A stretch of 62,926 bases of DNA, counting the filler, from Globobulimina sp. (Eukaryota): NCBI GenBank assembly GCA_003354225.1. It is 15 parts of 15 records of this genome, joined end to end, with 100 filler letters (N's around TTAATTAATTAA, not from the genome) between each part and the next. Parts side by side here need not be neighbours in the genome. Positions count along the whole stretch, not along the records: positions 21,023 to 25,125 come from PIVH01001607.1; positions 25,226 to 29,326 come from PIVH01001608.1; positions 29,427 to 33,527 come from PIVH01001609.1; 12 more parts are not named here. One strand, written 5' to 3'. The notes under the pieces are model-generated. The model was not told the DNA's origin. It did not search any database and saw only the letters and a list, made by a program, of their open reading frames with translations. A program made the position numbers and the translations under genes. Shown here in pieces: positions 21,243 through 30,795 of this stretch (positions are counted from its first letter, which is position 1; the number at the start of each line of letters is the position of its first letter).

Positions 21243-23435
21243 CTGGAGCCCGGGCGGCAGTTTAAAGCAGGGACCTTTGACAGCAATTTGAGCTTTATCC
21301 AGGCCCTGACAGAAGCCATGAAACTGGTACCTGATGCTATGTTGTTGGCCTCATTACCTGAATCCGAGTTAGAGGTCGGAGGAACAATGGGACTGCGCAC
21401 TCTAAATTCACTGGAAAAATACTTTGCCAGGGTTGAATCGGTTTGGAAGCCAGTTGCAAGTAGGGAGGCATTTGAAATAGTTCGGCGCCGGCTGTTTGAA
21501 TATGCCGGTGATTCATCTGAGGTAAAAACAATATCCCGCCAATTTTTCGATTATTATCGGGCCAACAGCGAAAAATTCCCCGTTGAAACCCAGTCTAATG
21601 ATTATTATGAACGTTTGTGTCAGTCTTATCCCATTCACCCGGAAATATTTGACCGCCTCTACGAGGACTGGTCGACTTTGGATAAATTCCAGCGTACCAG
21701 GGGCGTGCTACAATATATGGCCATTGTGATTCATCGCCTCTGGAATTCAGATAACCGGGATGGATTGATCATGCCCGGTTCTATTGACCTGGATGATAGC
21801 AACGTTAGAAACAAGAGTATCCATTACTTGCCCCCGGGTTGGGAGCCAGTGATCGAAAAAGAGGTGGATGGCCCCCGCTCAGAACCGACCAGTATTGATG
21901 GGCACGATACACGATTTGGTGGTGTTCAGGCTGCCCACCGTGCCATGCGTACAATTTTTCTGGGCAGCGCACCGGTGTCCACAACTCAAATGGTTAAAGG
22001 ACTCTTGGTCGAACGGATACTATTAGGCTGCGCCCAACCAGAACAGGCAGTAGGGGTGTTCGAGGACGTCTTGAAAAGACTGCGGGACAGGCTACAATAC
22101 CTGTATTCCGATGATGATAGATTCTGGTTGGACACCAAGCCGAATTTGCGCCGGGAAATGGAAAGTAGAAAAAAGCAAATCGATACACAGCATCAATTGA
22201 TACCAATGATTAAGGAACGGGTTCGTCAATTGTTTGGTACCAGCCATTGTTTTTCAGGTGTTCATGTGTTCACCCCTTCCGGCGATGTTCCGGATGACTA
22301 TGGCAACGGACCAAGGCTGGTCGTATTACCACCGGATATCCAAGCCGCATATAGCAAGGCTGACCCAAGCCAAGCGACTAATATTGCCGAAAAGATTCTT
22401 CGTCAGCGAGGAGAGCAACCCCGGCAAAAACAGAATCGGTTATTGTTTTGTGCAGTGGATGTTGATGTGCTTAGCAGGCTCAAGGATTATTGTCGGACCT
22501 ATATTGCATGGAAAGAAATATTGTCAGATATAGATGCGGGGAAACTCAATCTGGATATCTTTCAAATCAACCAGGCTAAAAAACATAAGCAGGCATCAGA
22601 AAAGAGCTTACAACAAATATTGAAAGAAGCCTATAAGTGGATCATCTGTCCTGTTGAAGACTTTGTTCAAGGCAAGCCCAAATTGTCATGGGAAGCTGTG
22701 GCTGTATCGACTTTTGCCCAGGATCTTTCCGCAGAAATAAAGAACATACTTAAAGAAGAAGAATGGCTAATCTCAGAGTGGAGCCCGATCCACCTGAGGA
22801 ACCACCTTAGTCAATGGTATTTTAAAGATGGGATTACAGAAGTAAGTGCTCTTAAGGTTTGGCAAGATAGCTGCAACTACCTATACATGCCCCGACTGCT
22901 CAATGATCAAGTTTTCAAAACTGTGATAGATCGGGGACTAGTCAGCAAGGACTTCTTTGGTTTTGCCTCCGGGAAAGAGCAGGATAAATACCTCGGATTT
23001 GCCTTAGGGACAAGCGCTCTTATCACTATAGATGATGCTTCACTATTAATTGAGCGAGAAGCTGCCATAGATTACCTGGAAGAAAATTCACAAGGACCTC
23101 AGGTGCCGTCAACTGGGTCACAGTCATCAGGGACACCCGGACCTGGTGTTTCCCCGACACCCGATCCTGGAGAGCCTGTTCCAACTAGTCAATCATCGCT
23201 GAAAAAGCAGTTTTATGGCACAGTCGATCTTGATCCAGTGAGAGCAACAATGGATTTCTCTGATATTGTAAATGAAGTCGTTCAGCATTTCACAGCTAAA
23301 ATCGATACGGATGTAACTATAAAGGTTGAGGTCGAAGCCAAGTCATCCAGTGGTTTTGATGAGACCCTGCAGCGAACCATCAAAGAAAATTGCAGTGTTT
23401 TAAAATTTAGTAATGCTGAGTTTGAAGGGGATTAG
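21243..23435 (+). CDS. DUF499-family AAA+ ATPase (bacterial, restriction-like/defence associated), N-terminus missing
   Basis: FIQALTEA, LLASLPES..EVGG, EAFEIVRRRLF, YPIHPEIFDRLYEDW..L..FQRTRGVL, C-terminal FYGTV.LDP and R.IKENC..LKF..AEFE. Confidence 0.85.
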   Translation: MEPGRQFKAGTFDSNLSFIQALTEAMKLVPDAMLLASLPESELEVGGTMGLRTLNSLEKYFARVESVWKPVASREAFEIVRRRLFEYAGDSSEVKTISRQFFDYYRANSEKFPVETQSNDYYERLCQSYPIHPEIFDRLYEDWSTLDKFQRTRGVLQYMAIVIHRLWNSDNRDGLIMPGSIDLDDSNVRNKSIHYLPPGWEPVIEKEVDGPRSEPTSIDGHDTRFGGVQAAHRAMRTIFLGSAPVSTTQMVKGLLVERILLGCAQPEQAVGVFEDVLKRLRDRLQYLYSDDDRFWLDTKPNLRREMESRKKQIDTQHQLIPMIKERVRQLFGTSHCFSGVHVFTPSGDVPDDYGNGPRLVVLPPDIQAAYSKADPSQATNIAEKILRQRGEQPRQKQNRLLFCAVDVDVLSRLKDYCRTYIAWKEILSDIDAGKLNLDIFQINQAKKHKQASEKSLQQILKEAYKWIICPVEDFVQGKPKLSWEAVAVSTFAQDLSAEIKNILKEEEWLISEWSPIHLRNHLSQWYFKDGITEVSALKVWQDSCNYLYMPRLLNDQVFKTVIDRGLVSKDFFGFASGKEQDKYLGFALGTSALITIDDASLLIEREAAIDYLEENSQGPQVPSTGSQSSGTPGPGVSPTPDPGEPVPTSQSSLKKQFYGTVDLDPVRATMDFSDIVNEVVQHFTAKIDTDVTIKVEVEAKSSSGFDETLQRTIKENCSVLKFSNAEFEGD

Positions 23436-23543
23436 AAATATTGGTACGGAATCCTAAATCGATTTTAAAAACTCGGTCGATTATTATTCAAATTTCCAAG
23501 ATGTACTGACCGGTTTAATTATTCGTTAGCTTTTAGGAAAAAA

Positions 23544-24266
23544 ATGCGTGTTGAAAATTCAGAAGGTAATGAAATTTTAAATCTCACCGATTGGGCGAAA
23601 CTTTATGATAAGCCTCAGTCATCTCGCCAGTGGAAAGAACACCGAAGTGCTTATTCCGCTGCTGAATTCATTATGAATCGAAATGGTAGTAACGCAATTC
23701 AATCGCGAATAGCTGATACTTTAGGTACAGCAGTAAACTTTCAACGAGCAATTCCTGAATTTGAAGTACGATTTGATGAATTTGGGCGAGGACGGATACA
23801 CGATATAGCTATCTTCGGCTCTACCGATTCCGGAGAAAGCATCTTCGTTGGTGTCGAAGCCAAAGTCGATGAAACGTTTGGTAGTTTAGTACACGATACA
23901 TATTTAACGGCTAAAGCCAAACAAATAGTCGGCGTTTCAACGAAAGCACCAGAACGGATTGAAAAACTCTTGTCACTGCATTTTTCTGAGCCAGGCATGG
24001 CGATGTTCGATGTTAGATATCAATTGTTGTATGCCACTGCAGGAACATTAGCCGCTGAAGCCGATATTTCTATTTTTTACGTTATTGTTTTTAAAACGCC
24101 CCTGTATAATGAATCGATTGGTGCAGAGAATTACAAGGACTACATACAGTTTATGAGCAAAGTAGGCGCTAATCCCTTAACATTTACCAGTAAAGAGGTC
24201 ATTGGATACGAGTTGTTTTTGAAGCAAAAGAAGCTCATATGCTTGCATGAATATTTCGAAGTTTAA
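23544..24266 (+). CDS. DUF6946-like protein, putative PD-(D/E)XK nuclease
   Basis: WK..RSAYSAA, PE.EV.FD, RIHDIA, VEAKVDETFG, RYQLL.ATAG; AGGA RBS-like site upstream. Confidence 0.65.
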   Translation: MRVENSEGNEILNLTDWAKLYDKPQSSRQWKEHRSAYSAAEFIMNRNGSNAIQSRIADTLGTAVNFQRAIPEFEVRFDEFGRGRIHDIAIFGSTDSGESIFVGVEAKVDETFGSLVHDTYLTAKAKQIVGVSTKAPERIEKLLSLHFSEPGMAMFDVRYQLLYATAGTLAAEADISIFYVIVFKTPLYNESIGAENYKDYIQFMSKVGANPLTFTSKEVIGYELFLKQKKLICLHEYFEV

Positions 24267-24369
24267 CGTCGTTATGAACGTGTGATTAATGGGTACACAT
24301 GGAGATCTGACTATTTGGACAGATTGAAATAGATTAATATCGTTCATTATAATTAAAAAAGGACAGTTT

Positions 24370-25125
24370 ATGAAGCCTGTGTTTGTTGATTTTCACATAC
24401 ATACATCTGACAATCCTGAACGCGTAAACGATTCGTATGATATTGGGGTGTTAAATCATGGTGTGAAGACGATAGCAGATGGTTCAGATTGCCTCATTTC
24501 TCTTACTGATCATAATGTCATTAACAAAGAAGCTTACCTTAAAGCAATTGACGTTTTTGACAATGTACTTCTTGGTGCTGAGATACATGTACGAAACTAT
24601 GACGCTGCTCGGCCATATCATTGTCATATTTTGTTCAACTTTGAAAAAATCAATGAAACGATAATTGATGAAGTGAACCTTAAGTTAGATACTTTATATC
24701 CGAGTAAAGAAGTTGCGCATGATGATACAAGTATTCCTAAGTTAGAAGATATAATGAATTGTTTTGATGAGTATGAATTTCTTCTTCTTCCGCACGGAGG
24801 GCAAAATCATTCTACTTTTGATGGGTCTATTCCAGAAGGTGTGCGATTTGACACAACTCTGGAAAGAAGCATTTATTACAACCACTTCGATGGTTTTACC
24901 GCTAGAAACAATAAAAGTTTGGAAAAAACTCACGAATATTTTACCCGTTTGGGGATAAAGGAATTTGTACATTTGGTAACTGCTACAGATAACTATGAAC
25001 CTTTAAAATACCCTCAATGTAAAGCAGGCGGTCAGGCCTCAGAATTTACACCTACCTGGATGTTGGCCCGGCCAACTTTTGATGGGCTTCGTCTGTCATT
25101 ATCTGAGTCTTCCAGGCTGATATAT
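24370..25125 (+). CDS. PHP-domain phosphoesterase, probably the N-terminus of a PHP-ATPase (Ppl/TrlF-like); 3' truncated
   Basis: DFHIHT, LTDHN, GAEIH, HCHILF, PHG, TDNY, linker TWM...PTFDGLRLSL; AAGGA RBS. Confidence 0.75.
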
Positions 25126-25225
25126 NNNNNNNNNNNNNNNNNNNNNNNNNNNNNNNNNNNNNNNNNNNNTTAATTAATTAANNNNNNNNNNNNNNNNNNN
25201 NNNNNNNNNNNNNNNNNNNNNNNNN

Positions 25226-27700
25226 GAATTAATTAATGAGGCATTCAAAATCTACGATAAAATAAGTGCCACTGCAGATTACCTGGCTATTAATCCATTG
25301 CTGGAGCTTTGTCTAAAATGTAGATATCCTGAAAAAGCATTATCAATTTGGACAGATATTAAAGAGAAAGCTTTGAATAAAGGCACCTATTTATTGTTAA
25401 TTCAATGGTGTGCCAAAACTTTACATATTGATAAGAATAAAAGTAAATGCATAGATATTTTAGAAACAATTCATCCGATTATTATGCATATGAATGATGC
25501 TGATGTTTATAGCAAAACCTGTTTAATAAATGTTTATAGTCAATATTCCAAAAATAGCACAAATAAAATGAGGAAAGCACTGCAAATATTTAATTCCATC
25601 CATAATGATAACAAATCTGTGGTGTGTATTGGTGCAATGCTTAAATGCTGCATCAATTGCAATGATAACGAGATGGCATTGTCAATCTATGACAATAATA
25701 CATTTCAGGCATTGCACGATGATATCAACCATTTGTTGGCCATCACAGCTTGCAAAAATGTAAATAATTTAGCCAAAGGATTGCAAATTATTGAAAGCAT
25801 CAACCAAAAACATAAAAATAAAAAGAATATCAATATCAAACTAGAAAATACATTAATAGATTTTTATCAGCATTTCCAGGATATTAAGAAGGCGGAATCC
25901 ATATTTAATAAGATTTTGGATAGAAATATGAATGTGGTATCAATTGGAGTAATGATGAAAGGATTTGTTAATAATAAGTTGAATCATAAAGCTTTGTCAT
26001 TGTATCATCGGTTCGCGTCTTTTCGTAATGATATTATTCATTTATTGGCAATCAAAGCTGCTGTAAATATAAATGATTTTGAAGCAGGCAAAGCAATCAT
26101 TGATAATAATAAATTAAATGATGGCAAAAACCATATGATTGAACTGGAAAATACAATGATTCATTTTTATGGACATTTTGGAGATTTAGGTTCAGCACTA
26201 AACACATTTAATAAACTTGATGCAAAGAAGAATTTGAATGAGGTGGTGATTAATTGTATGATGCAAGCTTTTATCCACAATCATAAATATGAGCGAGCAT
26301 TGTTATTATATGGTAAATATAAGACATTTCACAATGATATCTCACATGTATTGGCCATTAAATGTTGCATAAATTCCCAAAAGTTTGAAGAAGGCCAATC
26401 AATCATCGCACAGCTGCAATATAAGGAGAATTCGAATAAGTTGGTACAAACCGCATTGATTGACTTTTATGGCCACTTCAATGATTTACAGAGTGCAAAG
26501 AATATATTCAATTTGCTCTCAGATTCCAAGAAAGACACAGTATGCATTGGTGCAATGATGAAGTGTCTGATAAATAATAATTGCAATCAAGAAGCTCTAT
26601 TTTTATATAATAAATCCAACACATTGCATGACATTGCCTCACATGTATTAGCTCTCAAAAGTTGCATAAATATGAAAGAATTTGTTGTCGGTCAAAATAT
26701 TATTGAAACAAATGGATTGTTGAATGTTAAAAATATTCAGTTGTCCAATAGTTTGATTTCATTTTATGGCGAATGTAATGATATTTTAAGAGCAGAAAAT
26801 ATATTTAGCCAAATACCAGACAGTGATAAAGATGTTATTGCGATGAATGCAATGATGAACGCCTATTTTGACAGCAAATTGTATATAAAATGTATTGAGT
26901 TGTTTAAAAGATTAGAAAATGATTATAATTTGGTTTCAGATAATATAACATATGCAATTGCATTAAAAAGTTGTGCTCAATCAACTTCACTCCATTTTGG
27001 TGAGGAAATTCATGAAAAAATCAAGAAATCATTTGAAATGGAAAAAGATTTGTCAGTTCAAATAAATTTGATAAATATGTATGGGAAATGTGCCCAAATG
27101 GATAAATGTGAAGAGATATTTGCAACGATTAAAAGGAGAGAATATGAGAATAAATATTGCAAAGAAATTAGTTTATGGAATGTTATGATTCATAGTTATT
27201 CGAGGAATGGTGCCACAGATAAAGTGTTTGAAATATTTAATTTAATGAAGTCTGAGATTGGTTTGGTGCCAGATCGTAAAACATATATATTATTAATTAA
27301 TTGTTGCAGTTATTGTGGCAATGTGCTGCAAGCAATACATTTATGGCAATATGATGTAATGGATGAGAATATAAAATATGATGAATATGTCGTCTCCACA
27401 ATGATTGACTGTTTAGCAAGAAATGGCGATGTAGAAAATGCATACAAACTTATGATTGAATATGAGAATATTTCACATAATAAAAGTAATGAAATCCATT
27501 GGATGGCACTGATGAATGGTTGTAGAGTTTGTAAAAATAAAGACATGGCACAAATATGTTACAATGAAATTGTTGAGAGATTTCCGACCAATACAGATTA
27601 TACAACATCAGCATCGGTTTTATTGGCTAATATACATGCTTTGTGTCATGAGGATAACGAGTTACTGCAGTCACAAAAAGCAATATTGAGAAAGCACTGA
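25226..27700 (+). CDS. Pentatricopeptide repeat protein with plant PLS-like repeats and an E-like C-terminus; 5' partial
   Basis: Repeated NTLIDFY.HF.D...A..IFN, V..GAMMK, NLINMYGKC, WNVMIHSYSRNG, MIDCLARNG, WMALMNGCR, SVLLANIH. Confidence 0.88.
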   Translation, partial: ELINEAFKIYDKISATADYLAINPLLELCLKCRYPEKALSIWTDIKEKALNKGTYLLLIQWCAKTLHIDKNKSKCIDILETIHPIIMHMNDADVYSKTCLINVYSQYSKNSTNKMRKALQIFNSIHNDNKSVVCIGAMLKCCINCNDNEMALSIYDNNTFQALHDDINHLLAITACKNVNNLAKGLQIIESINQKHKNKKNINIKLENTLIDFYQHFQDIKKAESIFNKILDRNMNVVSIGVMMKGFVNNKLNHKALSLYHRFASFRNDIIHLLAIKAAVNINDFEAGKAIIDNNKLNDGKNHMIELENTMIHFYGHFGDLGSALNTFNKLDAKKNLNEVVINCMMQAFIHNHKYERALLLYGKYKTFHNDISHVLAIKCCINSQKFEEGQSIIAQLQYKENSNKLVQTALIDFYGHFNDLQSAKNIFNLLSDSKKDTVCIGAMMKCLINNNCNQEALFLYNKSNTLHDIASHVLALKSCINMKEFVVGQNIIETNGLLNVKNIQLSNSLISFYGECNDILRAENIFSQIPDSDKDVIAMNAMMNAYFDSKLYIKCIELFKRLENDYNLVSDNITYAIALKSCAQSTSLHFGEEIHEKIKKSFEMEKDLSVQINLINMYGKCAQMDKCEEIFATIKRREYENKYCKEISLWNVMIHSYSRNGATDKVFEIFNLMKSEIGLVPDRKTYILLINCCSYCGNVLQAIHLWQYDVMDENIKYDEYVVSTMIDCLARNGDVENAYKLMIEYENISHNKSNEIHWMALMNGCRVCKNKDMAQICYNEIVERFPTNTDYTTSASVLLANIHALCHEDNELLQSQKAILRKH

Positions 27701-27865
27701 TTTATGGTGTGGTTAGATTGTTTTCAACAAGAAACTAAGTATTAAATCAGACTGTTTGGTTAGAATAATAGATTGGTTCTCTGACGCTCCTGTATAAGAG
27801 CTATGGCCAATCTGTGCCCGGAAACAAACCGTTAATTTTAACGGGGTTTCACATGGTATAGTCTA

Positions 27866-29326
27866 TAGTGTCTGAAACGGCCGGGAACATGCACTTTCAT
27901 AACTTCACCAGGCCAAATCACTATTCTCGCAGTAAGCAAAATATTTTCAGCAAACCACTATTCTCGCATAGTTTTAGCAAAATATGCTGTCAAATAACAT
28001 TATATGTTATTTGACACTCAAAAAACACATAAAAGTTCCTTTTTGTGTGCGGTGCTGTGAGCCCACAGGCTGAGGCCTTTTTTTGTTGGAGCTGTGGGCC
28101 TAGCCTTTAACCAGTTCGTAATATGTTGCATCGGTATGTCTTTAGCCTTTTCGCGAATAATTTTAGCTAATTTTTTGACGGTTAAGCAACCTCGTTCTTT
28201 GTCATCCATTCTCGCCAAAACCAAAGCGACTTGATATTTTAACCACCCAATGGCATATTCTGGCACACAGTTAAAGTCTGGTGAATATGGCGGAAATCCC
28301 AAGTGAAAATTGTAAAAACCACCAGGTGGGTAAATATTTATTCCTACTTCTTTGAAATGTGCTTGTGTTGCATTGGCAGTCCAATATTTTGCGTTATCGT
28401 GAAAATGCAAAATTTTTTTCCAATATTTTTTTGGAGTTGCATATCTCTTCCAGTCAAACCAACACTCTATCATGCCTGTACATAAATTTATACAGTTTTG
28501 AGTATTCATTGTGAACGAGGCTGGAGTTTCTGGTTCATCTGTTTTTGGGCGGCGCTTTTTATATTTTACATGCCAGTCTCGTTTCGTAAATTCTGTATCC
28601 GCATCTGGCGGTTCGACAGACCAGTCCAAAAAATCTTCGTCTTTACGCTCTATTCCTTCTTCGTCTGCGTCTGCGTAGGTGACAGAGCGAAGACCTTGGG
28701 ATTTCTGTTCTTCGTAGTCATCATTTTCGAAGGTTATGACCTTGACATATTCTCCATGAGGGTCGATCACAATACCTCTGGAATTTCAGCTTGTTTGCTT
28801 TCTGTCGTGCAATAATACATTTTACCTCTCAATAAATTATAACCTTCGTTGACGTCCATATAAAACTCATCACTGAAACTACAATATTTCCACTCTCTCT
28901 TGATGTTAGCTTCTGCATATTGCAGCCTCGTTATCTCAGCTGCTGTATGTAGAATTCTTGGCACACGTCTATATGAATAATGATGGAACGTCTCACCAAC
29001 GATATTTTGATCTTGTAACCACCGAAAGATATTACTCTTGTTATTTTCTACAAAATGCCGTTAAACTAGTCTTGTTACTTTGGTCGTTGTTTTCAGTTAC
29101 GTAACGCTTTACAATGTTTTTACGTGATACCTTTTTAGACAACTGCGTTATCTAAGATTTGTATGATGTGTCGTATCTCAGACTTCTCAAACTTACCCCT
29201 TATTTCAGAATTATAAGTTTTAAAAGTTAGATCGTACATATCTTTCTCAGTATCGCCTTTAGCCTCTTTTTTACCTAAGTAATCAATTTTTAGATCAAAT
29301 TTCATAATTTGTATATATATGTGTTC
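27866..29326 (-). mobile_element. Degenerate Tc1/IS630-like DNA transposon (DD45E transposase, frameshifted)
   Basis: RLQYA...WKYCSFSDE, FHDNA, FPPYSPDFNCVPE..IGWLK; frameshifts near 28770 and 29045; TA-TAGTG putative end at 27864 with subterminal CACTATTCTCGCA direct repeats. Confidence 0.7.
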
Positions 29327-29426
29327 NNNNNNNNNNNNNNNNNNNNNNNNNNNNNNNNNNNNNNNNNNNNTTAATTAATTAANNNNNNNNNNNNNNNNNN
29401 NNNNNNNNNNNNNNNNNNNNNNNNNN

Positions 29427-30542
29427 AATGGAATTGAAATTTATTCTATTTAGAAATAATAATGTTACAATTTGATAGAGCGATAAGTTTAATTGTATTA
29501 AAATTAACAAATTTAGCAAAAGCACTCCGGACGAATATGTATACGAACCATACCATATTACACTTAAAATTGTACCATAACTTATAATATACACAGAACA
29601 TTCATATACGCACAGAAATATATTTTTATTTTTATCATAATTAAATGCGTTATCAATACCTAATTTATATAAGAATTTCTCGTCATTTTCTTTGCTGAAT
29701 GTTTTAATGGTTGTAATATAATTTAACATTTCAATGATTTGCAACACGACAATTTTAAATGAGTTTGTACGGATTGTTTGAACGGATCTATATTTAATAA
29801 AAAAAATAAAACTTATTATCATTATTAGCATAAAACCCAAACTAAAAATGGCTGCGATATCCCATTTATATATAAATATATATATAATGCAAGCCATGAA
29901 AAGAATAAATGATTGGATAACAATTATTATTTTATGTATGGCTTTATTTACATATTTCATATCTTTTGTTAATAAATATCGTAAGTCTCTGATTTCCGTA
30001 CAATCAAAATATGAGAGATTCTTATCAATGATACAATTAAATGTTAAACAATTTAATCGTTTTAACAACGAATTTACGCAATATGTTACGGAGAGTGATT
30101 GAAATAAATAAATTAAGGATAATAGCAATGATAATATAATTAAACCTGTCATGAATAAATTAATCAGTGATGTATGTTGCTCACAGTTTATAATTGAATC
30201 AAAACCACATATAATTGAATGGAATGTATAGTTATCTGAATTGTACGTATTTGATATTACATCAATTATTGCTCCTATAAATATAAAGGATATTAATCTT
30301 AATATACTGCTACAGAATGCTAACAGTATTGCAATATATAACAAGTTTCTTTCTCGTGGAACCATTAATTCGCTAATCATTCTTATTGATAATGTCAAAT
30401 TATTTGTTTCTTTCATATTGTTTCTATTCTTATTTGTTTTGTGATCATGGAAATCATATTTGAACTCTCTGGGTGTAAATGGAGTATATGGTGTGCTTAA
30501 TGCATCTTGGTCTTGGTCTTGTAAATTTAGTTTTAATGACAT
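29427..30542 (-). CDS. ABC transporter (ABCB-like) transmembrane domain, 3' truncated and divergent
   Basis: Six TM helices; LSYFD, LTKD, EMLNYITTIKTFSKE, IWYG motifs. Confidence 0.7.
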
Positions 30543-30795
30543 TTCTGTTCAGACTGAACTGGCTTGCCTTGTTTTTCGACATTATTTGGCAATTCCAACA
30601 ATAATTAAAAGGTAAACAATCATTGCTAAATAAGAGAATGCAATCACCGCAAAAAAACAAAACAAAACAAATTTACATATGAGGTATAAAAAATAAACGA
30701 TACATTTCATAAACACAAAATATCTCCATTTATATTGACACCTTGCATAAAAAAAGAAAAAAAAATCACATTGACACTATACATCATGTTATCCA

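Noticed and set aside
21023-25125. Horizontal transfer of the defence island into the eukaryote
   Set aside because: The contig has no eukaryotic flank; a co-assembled bacterium is the simpler explanation
17614-28780. The same GAGGTATTG 9-mer (minus strand) at the frameshift points of both the KDZ and Tc1 ORFs
   Set aside because: Two instances of a donor-like 9-mer on unrelated contigs; no acceptor or slippery site explains both, so coincidence cannot be excluded
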